DNA of 62,151 nucleotides, the filler included, from Globobulimina sp. (lineage: Eukaryota): NCBI GenBank assembly GCA_003354225.1. It is 11 parts of 11 records of this genome, joined end to end, with 100 filler letters (N's around TTAATTAATTAA, not from the genome) between each part and the next. Parts side by side here need not be neighbours in the genome. Positions count along the whole stretch, not along the records: positions 1 to 5,572 come from PIVH01000507.1; positions 5,673 to 11,240 come from PIVH01000508.1; positions 11,341 to 16,905 come from PIVH01000509.1; 8 more parts are not named here. One strand, written 5' to 3'. A program made the translations under genes and the position numbers. The notes below the pieces were generated by a model that searched no databases, was not told where the DNA came from, and saw only the letters and a list, made by a program, of their open reading frames with translations. Below are positions 1-11,513 of the stretch, one piece after another (position 1 is the stretch's first letter; every line of letters begins with the position of its first letter).

Positions 1-2512
1 GAAACTACGCATTGTTTTGGCTCTGATTTTCGCAAAATGTGCATGGAAATTTAGCCTCTCAACAAACCATAATCCGAGATATCTGGCTGTTGGGTCATAT
101 TGGGGTGGATGTTGGTGGATGTAATATTTGCCTATTTTTATTTTTTTATGTGAAATGGGATCAGTTTTCATGGTATATTTAGGATAGTATTTGATAGGAT
201 TTCCATGCGAAAAGTTCATGGATGTACATTTTGATGGATTTATAAGGAGCTGCCACCAATCACTAAAATTATTCAATTCTTTTTGGAGGAATTTATATCT
301 GAGGGGATCTTTTGTGCCAGGACTGGTCCAAAAGGCAGTGTCGTCTTTGGGGATTTTATTTCAAAATCATTGGTAAATATTATGTAAAGGATAGGAGATA
401 GGGCAGAGCCTTGTGGCACTCCAATTGGTTGTGCGACCCAGTTCGACTCAGCATTTTTTGCTATGACTTTGGTAAATCTGGTTTGGATGAAGGAGGCCAA
501 CACATTCAAAATATTTCCTGTTACATTATTTTTAATCAATTTATATAAAAGGCCGTTGTGCCAGACACTGTCGTAAGCTTTTGAAAAGTCCGTGAATACG
601 ACATCCGTATCACTGACCATATCGAAAGAAGTTTGTATGTCTGTTATGAAAGTTGTGAGAACATCATCGCAGCAACGATTGATCTGAAAGCCGCACTGGT
701 AATTGTTAAATATTTTATTCTCTACACAAAAATGTTGAAGTCTATTTGCAAGGACTTTCTCAAAAACTCTTCCCAGACACGACGAGATCGCAATGGGTCG
801 GTAGTTCTTTGGGTTACTGTGATCTTTGTATGGTTTTGGGATTGGAAGGAGGTGTGAAAAGTTCCAATATCTTGGGAACACACCCTCAGTCATACAGTTA
901 TTAAACAAAGGGAGTAGGCAATTTATTAGAACTTCGCCTCCGTGTTTTAGCATTTGGTTATGGATTCTGTCAGGTCCATACGCTTTATGCGTGTCTAGAT
1001 TACGTATTACAGAGCGAATTTCATATGGATGGATTTGGTCGTTTAGTATTCGGTACTTTGGGTTTGGAATATTTATCTCGGTATTTATTTGTGATGGGGT
1101 TTGGATTTTATTCGTGGAATTCTGGACTTTTTTATCTATCATTATATCATTGAATTCATTATGGTTATTAACAGGATTATTATTGTTTATTTTATTCTTA
1201 TTTAGGAGTTCTGGGACGAGATTATCAATATATTCATGCCAATTTTTGTGGATTTGGCTTGCTTTGGGCTTCGGTGGTCTCGTCATTGCCTCTTGGAGTG
1301 CCTTCGCCTGTTTATGCGGATCAGTTATATTTGAATCATTTTTAAAGTTTAATGGTGGGATGTTATTAGTATTGATATTATTTGATTTATTGCCGGATAT
1401 TGTACGCCAAAAACGTCTGCCATAGTCCTTGCAAGTTTGTATATATTTATTTAATCGGAGATTGTATTCATTTTTTGCAGTTATTATAGCATTACATTTT
1501 TTAGATTGGATTTTATTTAGTTTATTTTTCAAACGTTTATATTTCGGAAATTGATGGAAATCTGTGATTAGTCGCTTTGCATTCTTTTTTATTCTTTGTA
1601 TTCTACGTCTGAGTCTTTTACATTTTCTTTTTAATTTCTTTATTTTATTATTCCACCATGGTTTGTGGCCTCTATAATAGTGTTTATATCCTATTGATTG
1701 TTCAGCAGTAAACAAAATAAGATATGTTAGTTGTTCAGTATAGGTATTTGGGTCCGGATCAAATGTTGTTTCATTTATGTTTGTTTCGAGTGTTTCTGTA
1801 TATTTTACCCACTTTTTTTGATTTGAGAGGTTCCAGGTTTTTTTTGTTTCGCTAAAACCAAAAACGTTCTCAACTTCAAACGTTGTGATAATGGGAACGT
1901 GGTCGGAGCAGTTTGGGTCATATAATGAATGGAGGATATTCCATTTTGTATGCTTTAAGTTATCGGAGATTAAAGTTAAATCAATGGATGATTTGGTTTG
2001 GCACGATTTATGGATATGAGTTTTATATTTGATTTCTGGGACAGTTTTATCCACATTCCGGCAAAGATCTGGTCAACATTTGGATTTCTGGGACAGTTAT
2101 ATAAGGAATGTATGCCTATATCCTGGTCACCACAATGCAATATCAAACTGGTAATATGGCAGTTTTTTGTTCTCTCATCACGATCATAATTTGGTGGGGA
2201 GTTTAATGGAGTAATTATTAAAGTTTCTCTGTACAGAATTGCTGTTTCTGTGCCAGTGAAATGAACTTTATATTTTGGGAAAAGGTTTATAGGGAATTCT
2301 ATGGTGTGGGGATTATTATTTTTGTCAATGTAATTTGGATTTTTCGGAGTTACGGCGTATCTTAAAGTGGCGCTCCATTCTTGGAGTAGAAGGAAATCAA
2401 TTTGTTTTGCTAACATTATTTGGTAAATTCTATTACATTTTTCAATTTGTGACATTTTTGTTGGGCTTATTATCCCATTTATATTTAACTGCAGTATATT
2501 GTACTTAACCAT
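1..2512 (-). mobile_element. Non-LTR (LINE) retrotransposon ORF2, APE endonuclease + reverse transcriptase; frameshifted/decayed and truncated at the contig start
   Basis: APE motifs ILQLNING, LLLQEW (ORF 1976-2512) and IDLTL..SDHVPI. RT motifs GPDRI, YRPIAISSCLGRVFEK, DFSKAYDSV, GVPQGSALSP (ORF 273-2054). After a frameshift near 345 another frame reads DDTAFW..INPSKC..RYLGLWF to position 1. Confidence 0.93.
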
Positions 2513-3515
2513 TTTTAATTAATTGTGTTTTGGAAGTTTGTGAGTGGTTTATAATTAATTTATTGTACATTTTTATGAGATCCAATCCGTTTTTATGTTT
2601 CAACATAAAAACAGATATCAAAATAATTGTTTGCATTTTAGTTTTGGCGGCGTTAAAAAACACCTGGTAATTAATTATTTTTTCAATTTTGTTCATTAGT
2701 TTTACTATCGACTGACAAGGAATGGCCTCAGTTTGCAAAAAGCAAAACATGAATCCCATTTTTATCACGTATGTCGATAGTTTTATATTAAATAAATAAA
2801 TTAATTTATACACATTAAAAATTAAAGCAATTGGAATTTGGCACTTAAATGTTGTGGTCATAGCACAGTTTGGTGGATTGCGAATCAGCGGATAGCAAAA
2901 CAGAATTTCATTTGTGTAGATATGCGAATCCGCGCAATGTATTTTATCTGTGGTATACATACGGTGAGTTGGTACAGTTTCTATTGTGCTTTGTTGAGTT
3001 GCGTAGGTTGTAATTGTTGCATTTATAGTTGCATTCGACGGAGTTGATGGGTTTGTTGTATTTGTAGTTGCAATTTGTGATGAATGTGATGGATTTGTTG
3101 TCAATTTGATGATATTTGATACTGCGAAATTGCGGGTATTCTGGATTGCGAAATTGCGGAGTTTTTGGATGATTTCATTGGGTATAAATTTGATGAATTT
3201 TGTGTTCGTTGTATGGATTGGGCATGGTTCAATATTTGGATGTGATGGATTTGGTACAATCACAGTGTGTGGCAGGCTCTGTGTCTTGGAATTCATTTGT
3301 GATGGTGACACATATAAATGATATAATTTATCATCACATGATTCTTTATTTAATAAATTGATTGAATTTGCAAGTGATACGATAACTAACAATAGTGACA
3401 ATAAATAGTTGAGCGATCTCAACAAGTTTGCATGGCAAGGTGCCATTGTCATAGTAATTGATTTCTTAGTGTTTTGAAGATGTGTTATACTGGTTAAAAG
3501 CAAGCCAGTCTGCAA
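2505..3515 (-). CDS. Hypothetical ORF upstream of LINE ORF2 (possible ORF1 remnant)
   Basis: 336-aa ORF whose stop overlaps the ORF2 start; low-complexity T-rich; no recognisable zinc knuckle or RRM. Confidence 0.3.
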   Translation of the reverse strand: MQTGLLLTSITHLQNTKKSITMTMAPCHANLLRSLNYLLSLLLVIVSLANSINLLNKESCDDKLYHLYVSPSQMNSKTQSLPHTVIVPNPSHPNIEPCPIHTTNTKFIKFIPNEIIQKLRNFAIQNTRNFAVSNIIKLTTNPSHSSQIATTNTTNPSTPSNATINATITTYATQQSTIETVPTHRMYTTDKIHCADSHIYTNEILFCYPLIRNPPNCAMTTTFKCQIPIALIFNVYKLIYLFNIKLSTYVIKMGFMFCFLQTEAIPCQSIVKLMNKIEKIINYQVFFNAAKTKMQTIILISVFMLKHKNGLDLIKMYNKLIINHSQTSKTQLIKNG

Positions 3516-3616
3516 AAACTGGAAAACCGTAAACTCCTTCTAACCACCAACCATTTCACAGGAAGCCAAAAGTCAATTCATATTTGAAAGCCAGCATTTG
3601 CAGACCAACAGTGGCA

Positions 3617-5200
3617 ATGAAATTATTTTTTCTCTTGGCATTGCATTTAATACAGTCAAAAGGACAAGATGGTAGGTAATATATTCCAGTTACACCACAT
3701 TAATATAATATTTAATATAAAATATACAGTGGACTGTGAGCATGTTTTGTTCTCTGATGCCGGTCCAGTGACCGCGGTCGCAAGTAATGAGATCACCAGA
3801 ATTGGGATTCGAGATAAAATGGTTTATGAAATGGACGTAGCAGTGAAGGGAATCCCATCAGGTTGGGCGAGTGTATTTCATTGTGGTGAGAGTAACGAAG
3901 TTCGTCAACCAGGTATTTGGTTACATGACCAATCGGATGATGCAGGTGCCACTCATCAAGGTTTCCATTATTCATTCTCCACCACTGCGGTTTCCAATCC
4001 CTGGATCAATCCCGGCCCTGCTGTGGCCGTAGGCGGTACCTATCATTTAGTGATGACCTATACGCAGGATTCGCTGACCATTGTGGCGAATGGCGACACT
4101 GTTTATGAGGATAGCGGTTATGATGTGCATCCTGACCGTGCAAATCAGCCATGTTATGTCGGTGATCCATGGTATCCCGCAGCTCCCGTTGAAGTGAGTA
4201 ATATTAAAATCTCGTCATTCGAAGAATGTGTCTGTCGATCGCCATTGTATGAGCAAGACGGCGATATCGTGCAAGCCCAAAACAACCAAATCGCAACCAT
4301 CAATATTGAAGACGATATGGTGTTTAGTATGGACGTGACCATCAATTCAATCCCCGGCGAGTGGGCGAGTGTATTCCATTGCGGCGTGGATAACGGCCAT
4401 CGTACGCCGGGTATTTGGTTATATCCAGACTCAGACGACGCCGGTGCCACGCATGAAGGCTTTCATTTTGTATTCTCGCACGACGCGGACAATCCGTGGC
4501 TGAATCCTGGGCCGCATGTGACCGTCGGTGAGACCTATCACATTGAACAGATTATTACGCAAACCACGCATAGCATATTGGTAGATGGCGTGCGTCAATA
4601 TGATGATAATCAGTATGGTTCGCACGTGAATCCGCAGAATATTCCGTGTTATGCCGGGGATCCATGGTATCCCGCTGCCGACGTCGATATTACCAATTTG
4701 AAGATCGAGAGTGGTACAATTGATTGTAACTGCCCGCATATGTTTGAATATAGTGCGGAAAGGAACAAATGTGTGCGGGATTGCTCGTTGTTTGCATTTG
4801 AAGATTATAGGGATACGTGTTCGAGCTATGAGGCTGATTTAGGAGGTATACTGCCGCGGTGAATGGGTTTACGCCGCGAATTGATGCGCTGGAACAAGAT
4901 TTGAATGCTGTCAATCCGGTATTAAATGAGCAGAACGCACGAATTGGAAGTCTTGAAGCGACAGTTATTGGTTTAGGCGAAGCGGCGGCATATCCACAAT
5001 TTGTGAATTATGATTATAGTAAAGATGCCACCTCGTTTTTTCAGCAAAATAAAGATTTATTGTTGGTGGCTTCGTTATTAATGAATGGTGTTATTTTGGT
5101 GTCGATGTTGATGTTATGTGTGAAATTTAATAAAAATGAAATGGAGTATGCCAAAGTATCGACGGTCTATGATTCTGAACAGGCCCAATTAAGAATTTAA
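3617..5200 (+). CDS. Type I membrane/secreted protein with two tandem ConA/LamG-like domains, coiled coil and C-terminal TM; frameshift near 4859
   Basis: Signal-peptide exon MKLFFLLALHLIQSKGQD; phase-1 intron 3672-3729 joins in frame; two ~165-aa repeats (WASVFHCG..R.PGIWL..CY.GDPWYPAA); overlapping ORF 4859-5200 carries the coiled coil and TM helix. Confidence 0.7.
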
Positions 5201-5572
5201 TTTATTTTAAAATATTTATAAACTGCCAGTCAATTAAAAGGCAATTTAACTTTTGTTTTGTTTTGTTTTGTTTTGTATAATCTGTGAAAATTAGTCAGTG
5301 CCAGGATGTGCAAGGATATTACATTCAAATTTGTAATAAACGTTTCTGAGAATCTAAAATAAAATATGCGCGTTTCTGATTTTGGTGCGGAAAAATAAAA
5401 TATGCGCGTTTCATGCATTATCATTAAAGTTGTATTTTGGTTATTAAAAAATAGTTGAGTGGCTTGTGAGTTATATTTAAATTCTGAAGGTTGCGATCTT
5501 TTGATTAATGGACCTCTGCCTGCTTGGAATTGTGGTTCATTGTGCTTTTCTTCATTATTTTCACTTCCTCTG

Positions 5573-5672
5573 NNNNNNNNNNNNNNNNNNNNNNNNNNNN
5601 NNNNNNNNNNNNNNNNTTAATTAATTAANNNNNNNNNNNNNNNNNNNNNNNNNNNNNNNNNNNNNNNNNNNN
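5573..5672. other. Artificial contig spacer (also at 11241-11340, 16906-17005, 22570-22669, 28232-28331, 33890-33989, 39546-39645, 45200-45299, 50852-50951, 56503-56602)
   Basis: Identical 100-nt N-TTAATTAATTAA-N linkers with stops in all frames; contig lengths decrease steadily. Confidence 0.98.
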
Positions 5673-7043
5673 ATAGTCAACCAATATTGTTTTGAAGCGG
5701 GTGCATGATCGAATTTAAATTGATATCCAACAGGAATCAACACCACAACATCAGGAATGCGATTATTAAAACCAGTTTTATATTGAAATGGAATTGTCTC
5801 TCTGTCATACACTTGAACCAAATCCATTGGATATATCATCCCTTCACTCAATCTATTCACTACCTCCTCAACTGTAAAATTACTCATTTCTGTTAATTTA
5901 ATAAACAATGCCACACTGCGTACATCCATTCGAAAATTATTAGTATCTGACAAATTAAACTCCATTGTATCGTTGATATGCACCACACTCTCATTCGACA
6001 CCTGAGTCATGCCGTGATCTGCAACAATTACTATGTCTGTTCTGTCATACAACTCCATGCTTATACCTCTTATGCCATCCATCAAATAGCCAATCAATGC
6101 ATCTATTTCTTGGATAGATTGCTTAACTTCAACTGATTCAGGACCATAATTATGACCATTCGAGTCAGGCTGTTCAAAATAGCTCATAATTAATCTATAT
6201 TCGCCATCGTTTAATAGCTTCAATATAGTATCCATTCTTTGCTTGTATGGATAAGAGCCGTCATAATTTAAATAATAATCTGGATACCCTTTACCGGAGC
6301 AGTTATGATCCGAACCCACCCAGAAAACTGTAGCAGTTTTATAATCACTGATGTTGGCTTTATTGATATTTTGCGACATTCTATGCGTGAGCCAGATTGG
6401 CTGTCCTTTAAACCATTCACCTTTCTCATCAGCAGTCGACATATAAAATGTTTTTTGTAGCACTGGATCCCAGAATGAATTGGAAACAATGCCATGATCT
6501 CCAGGGTATAATCCTGTTGCCATTGTATAATGATTTGGAAATGTTAATGATGGATAGACTGGAATTAAGCGTTGAATATGAACTCCATTTTCTGTCCATT
6601 TAGTATATATATATTAGCAAAATTTCAAAGAGATATTTTCAAAAATATATATATTGGACATTACCGGCCATTTGATGGATATTTGGCGATGATATGTTTG
6701 GGTTTTCAAAATATTGAGCTCTGAATGAGATTATAATTAAATATCGGTCATATTTAAAACTATCTGATTTTGCGGATGAAAATACATCCAATGCAACAAT
6801 AACAACAACAGTTATAATGATAGCTAAAATAATTACAACTAGCACAAATATTGAGATTAAACATCTTTTTTTGTTTGTACATCTTATACATTGCGCAAAT
6901 TCTAATTCATTCGAACCAGTGGATTGGAATGTTAATAATGGATCTTTGTCTTTTGACTGGCTTCCAGACTCAACCATTTGCAAAGGAGCTGTGACTGTTA
7001 CAGGCTCTGCTGAGGAATCTGACATGTTATGGTATTGAGCCAT
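5673..7043 (-). CDS. Ectonucleotide pyrophosphatase/phosphodiesterase (NPP, alkaline phosphatase superfamily), type II membrane protein, 3'-truncated
   Basis: N-terminal TM; intron 6592-6664 splices to QMAENGV..PVYPSLTFPNHYTMATGLYPGDHGIVSN; YFEQPDSNGHNYGP and VADHGM motifs. Confidence 0.92.
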
Positions 7044-7105
7044 CTACTGACAAGCTGAGCTAATAGCTCACTTCAAGAAAATCTTAAAATCAGTATTCTC
7101 AAAAC

Positions 7106-8104
7106 ATGCGTTCTTTATTAGAAGACACAACAGTTACAACACAACATGGATATAGCCAATCACAAATAGACATAATAGTGACAATTAATATATCGGCGAG
7201 TATCTTATCATTATTCGCTGCCATATTTGTCATTAAAAACTATGTCATCATTCCTTCTTTACGCGGTCAGTTATCCTACAAACTCATTCTATGGGTAGCT
7301 GTTTCTGATCTATTATTCGCAATTTCTAATTGTATGGGTGCACCAAGCAATGGCATCGTATGCATATTACAAGGAATAATAATGCAATTTGGTTCTATCG
7401 CTTCAATATTTTGGGTTTTAGCCATTTCGTGGACCCTAGATTTTGTGATGAATGCAACAACGCTCCCAACAAAAGGACAATTTAAGCGCATCTTGTTGAG
7501 AATGCATATTGTTATATGGACGGCATCTGCAATAACAACAATATTGCCGTTAACCACAAACAGCTATGGTCCGTCCGGCGGATGGTGTTGGTTTAAAGAC
7601 GATTCATTGATAGATAACATATGGAGATATGCTTTATTTTATGTTATTGTGTGGCTAGCCATATTATATACGATTTTCATTTATATTAAAATCTGCATCA
7701 AAATCAGAAATCAATTGCAAGCGAGCGGAGAAGAGAGCGATCAAACTGGCTCAGCAGAGCGAGGAATAAGCGTTGCTGATAATACTCATGATGTTGCTAT
7801 GGATAATATGGAAAATGAGGATCATGAGAAAGAAAAAAAGAGCAAACAAAAGAAACGCAAAAAAGCACTGAAAAGAATGATTTTATTTCCATTGGTATTG
7901 ATCATCGGATGGCTGTTTGCCTCAATCCGAAGGATTACAGATTTAATCACTGGCACTGCCCCCTTTTGGTTGGTCGTGATGCAAACCATATTCTCTGCGT
8001 TAATTCCTTTTTTTGACGCATTGGTTTATGGCTTAACCAAAGATGTTCGCCAAAAAGACAAAGAATTGTTAACAAAGCATTGTCTGTGCGGTGACCATGA
8101 TTAA
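7106..8104 (+). CDS. cAMP-receptor-like / GCR1-like 7TM GPCR
   Basis: Seven hydrophobic segments; SDLLFA, C.LQG..MQFG, YGPSGGWCWF, D.LVYG motifs. Confidence 0.88.
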   Translation: MRSLLEDTTVTTQHGYSQSQIDIIVTINISASILSLFAAIFVIKNYVIIPSLRGQLSYKLILWVAVSDLLFAISNCMGAPSNGIVCILQGIIMQFGSIASIFWVLAISWTLDFVMNATTLPTKGQFKRILLRMHIVIWTASAITTILPLTTNSYGPSGGWCWFKDDSLIDNIWRYALFYVIVWLAILYTIFIYIKICIKIRNQLQASGEESDQTGSAERGISVADNTHDVAMDNMENEDHEKEKKSKQKKRKKALKRMILFPLVLIIGWLFASIRRITDLITGTAPFWLVVMQTIFSALIPFFDALVYGLTKDVRQKDKELLTKHCLCGDHD

Positions 8105-8179
8105 TATATGCTTTTTTCAAAAACGTTTTTACATTTTAAAGCGATCTGGTCATCAAAAAATATGAACATTTTCGTATGT

Positions 8180-8838
8180 TTATGCAACTTGCACTGCTAA
8201 ACCAAAATCATACGAATCATTTGGAATAGAATAGCCGACAATAAATACAGTGATTTTTTGTATTAATGTTACAGCTGCTACAAATCTCGAATTATCCGAC
8301 TTTAACCATCCAGGTCCACCAAACCACCAATTATTGGATGTTAGATAATGTCCTTGACCAATAACAACATTATCTAATAAATATCTTTTTCCTTCCAATA
8401 CAAACGACATATCCCCATAAAAAGCAAAATTTAAATCACTTGGACCTGTGGTTTGTCCTGAATTAATTCCAACAGCTTGTCCACCTCAATATATATACAA
8501 ATATGTATGCAATAACTTTAAAAAAGTAATAAAAATCCACGTTTACCTTGAAGTTGCTTTTCAAACCATTGGGCTACCTCTGATGTGCCATGCCTTCCTG
8601 CTTTTGCATCCAACTGACCGTAATTAGGTTCGGTTGCATAAGTTACTCCCTCCCATGGCTGACCTGATGAGATATTATATCCTTTCAGATTAAATGTAAA
8701 ATTCTTTATATTCTCACAATCAAAATGTACATAATTATCGTGTATGGTTGCGTTTAGTAACAACATCTTTCCATGGCCACCAGATACATAATTTAACAAT
8801 AAAACACCAAAGCAAAAAGTCCTCAATTTTGAAGCCAT
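8180..8838 (-). CDS. Small putative secreted protein, multi-exon
   Basis: Signal-peptide-like start MASKLRTFCFGVLLLNYVSG; two same-strand ORFs separated by AT-rich intron-like DNA. Confidence 0.45.
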
Positions 8839-8926
8839 TATATTAGTAAGGTCAAGGTTTGAAGTAAAAGTAGTTTTTGGTTCTAGTCATACATTCTAAT
8901 TTATTAAAATAATTAACAACGATCTG

Positions 8927-11100
8927 ATGTTAGATGAAAATAGAGCGAGGATACTGCTAATGAGTGATTCTGGTTTATCACCAATTAAAGTTAGTTTAGA
9001 TCATATCCATAATGAAGTTGTTCGGGGAAAACAAGGACATGTTACAATTACTAATGCTTATGTTGTTGCAATGATGATGAAGTGGTCAAATCTATTATTA
9101 CTGGTAGGTCTTTATTGTTTAACTGTCTTTTTTTTTGCATTGTTAATTGTTTACATTTTATAACAAAACAAGTTATTATTGTTAACATCTGGAACATTTG
9201 TTTATTTTTGTATGGATGAATCGTTAAATGTTACATTTGTAAAAGGATTAAATTTTGCGAGATCAATGACAAATGGCTATAAATTAGGTATGCAACGCTT
9301 AGCATATTCAAAGAGAACACGCGAATCATTTGTTCCTGTTTTTGCAAAACTTACGGAGTTATTTTATTTAATTCCATTCAAAAAACTGCAAAAAATATTA
9401 AATAATCAAATGATAAATGAAGTATTACCATTTGTTGCTGAAGCATCAAATATTCATAATGACTTACTTGATTTAGCATGGTTTTTATCTGCAAAGCTTA
9501 GATCAATAACATTGCTGGACAGTATTTTACCGAATGAATATATTTATAGCACTCAAAGAACAACGCCATGTATGTTATATTATATTATATTGTATATATT
9601 CTAATTTCTAAATTAATTATATAATCATATAAGTTTGTATAAGAATACGCCAACATAATTCTTCAAATCATTCAATATTAAATGGTGACTATACTGATGA
9701 TACACCAATAATGCCGTCTGTGTATAATAAATCATTTATGTTTGAAATTGAAAACGGATCGAATATTTATTTTGATAATATTGTATTTACAGATGAAGAA
9801 TATTGGTATTTTTATCAAATTAAAACAAAAATAAAATCAATCGGAAAAATAAAAATTGATAATGAAGCATCTGCAAATTATATGGTTCACGAAGCAATAA
9901 ATAATGCATATATTTTTGAAAACATATCCCATAATAAGTTAACACTGAAAATCACTGAATTACAGTTTTATAATCCAATGACAAATCAATTTATTCAATT
10001 CACAGCAAACAATAATAACATTTCTGATTGGCAGATATATTTGAATGAATTCGAAAACATGCAGTTTTGGAGTCTGTGTCACACAAATATCATAAAGCAA
10101 CATTTTGATTATATTGAACCAATATCATTTGATCATTCCTCATCAATGTGTATGTTAAATGAAATATCGCAAATACATACTTATAAAATACAAGTTAATG
10201 TTTGTGACGAAGCATCATTATTTAATGGTATTTACGAAGCATCAAAGCCAGACAAATATTGGTCAAGGTTTGACCTATTTGACTCTGTAGCTCATATCGC
10301 ATCACATACTAGTTTCTATAAACAAGTCATACATAATAATTCAAGTTAAAAATGAATATTTTTACTTTTATTTTCTGCGTTTTTTTTTATATGAAATAAA
10401 AATTTATAAAGGTCGGACATTATATCATTTATTACATGAAAAACAGGATAATGTTCATCTATGGACACTAAAATCACATGATATTGTAAGGATATCTCGA
10501 AGTAGACAATCATTGAAACGAGCAGTTACTCCCAATGTTATTCAATGGCAAAAGTACAATGAGGAAAATAATAAAAGTAAAGAGTCGATAAATTATAATT
10601 TAAAAATTAATACAAAACGAGAGAAATTGTTTGAGTCTCCATATATTCATAAAATAATTTTATATTACTCAAAGTCTAAGGATTTTAAATCCAAACAATC
10701 AATAATTATTAAGCCATATTTAGCATTTAAATTTGATAAATTATATCTCGAATTGCAAACAATATCATCCAATACAAATGGTAATATTCTAGCAAGTGCA
10801 ACAAATATTAATATAAAAGTCCGAAATTGCATTCAAACGCCTTTGAGTTATGCATATTTAAAATTGAGACCATTGGATATTCAGTCAGAGATATTAGGGG
10901 GACGTGTATACGCTTATATTGATGCATTTTTTATGGATATTAATAGTTGTATGAAGTGGGTAAATATGTTTAATAAAAATCAGAAGAACGAAATAATTGA
11001 CACACAATCGATTAAAAATAAAATTAAATGGATGATAAAGAATCATCCAACACATAAAAAGTATTCACGTTTTACTTTTTTATGTGACCTATTTTTGTAA
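8927..11100 (+). CDS. Hypothetical multi-exon (or decayed) gene
   Basis: Four consecutive + strand ORFs separated by short AT-rich gaps; no motif recognised. Confidence 0.35.
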
Positions 11101-11340
11101 CAGTTTGATTTTGCATAAACAAGTTGAAGTTAATTGTGCTTTTCTTGTTGCTAAAAGCCGAAGATTGCCCACCTTCGATTGACACATATTGTTTAGAGGG
11201 CAGAGATGGATTCAATTCCGTTATCAACGGAGAATATGTGNNNNNNNNNNNNNNNNNNNNNNNNNNNNNNNNNNNNNNNNNNNNTTAATTAATTAANNNN
11301 NNNNNNNNNNNNNNNNNNNNNNNNNNNNNNNNNNNNNNNN

Positions 11341-11459
11341 ATACGGAGTTATATGGAACTAAAGGGATATAACTCTAGTTATATAGGAGATACCTACTCA
11401 ATGATGGACTAGATAATATAATCGCAGATATATGGCAATTATGATTGACGTCATAGATC
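11341..11459 (+). repeat. 119-bp terminal direct repeat, copy 1
   Basis: atacggagtt...tcatagatc identical to 16787-16905. Confidence 0.97.
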
Positions 11460-11513
11460 TCCGAATTGAATAATATAAATCTAGTTTCTCTCCTAAATTT
11501 TTTCTAGGAAGAT

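Noticed and set aside
5573-5672. Regularly spaced TTAATTAATTAA motif flanked by N runs
   Set aside because: Artificial concatenation linker, not a biological repeat or CRISPR array; cross-spacer gene neighbourhoods are meaningless
8927-11100. VPS13-like assignment
   Set aside because: Only vague compositional resemblance; no diagnostic motif
11150-11240. Hairpin-containing, GC-richer contig end as an ncRNA
   Set aside because: Reads as plausible coding sequence (AEDCPPSIDTYCLEGRDGFNSVINGEYV), probably a truncated gene
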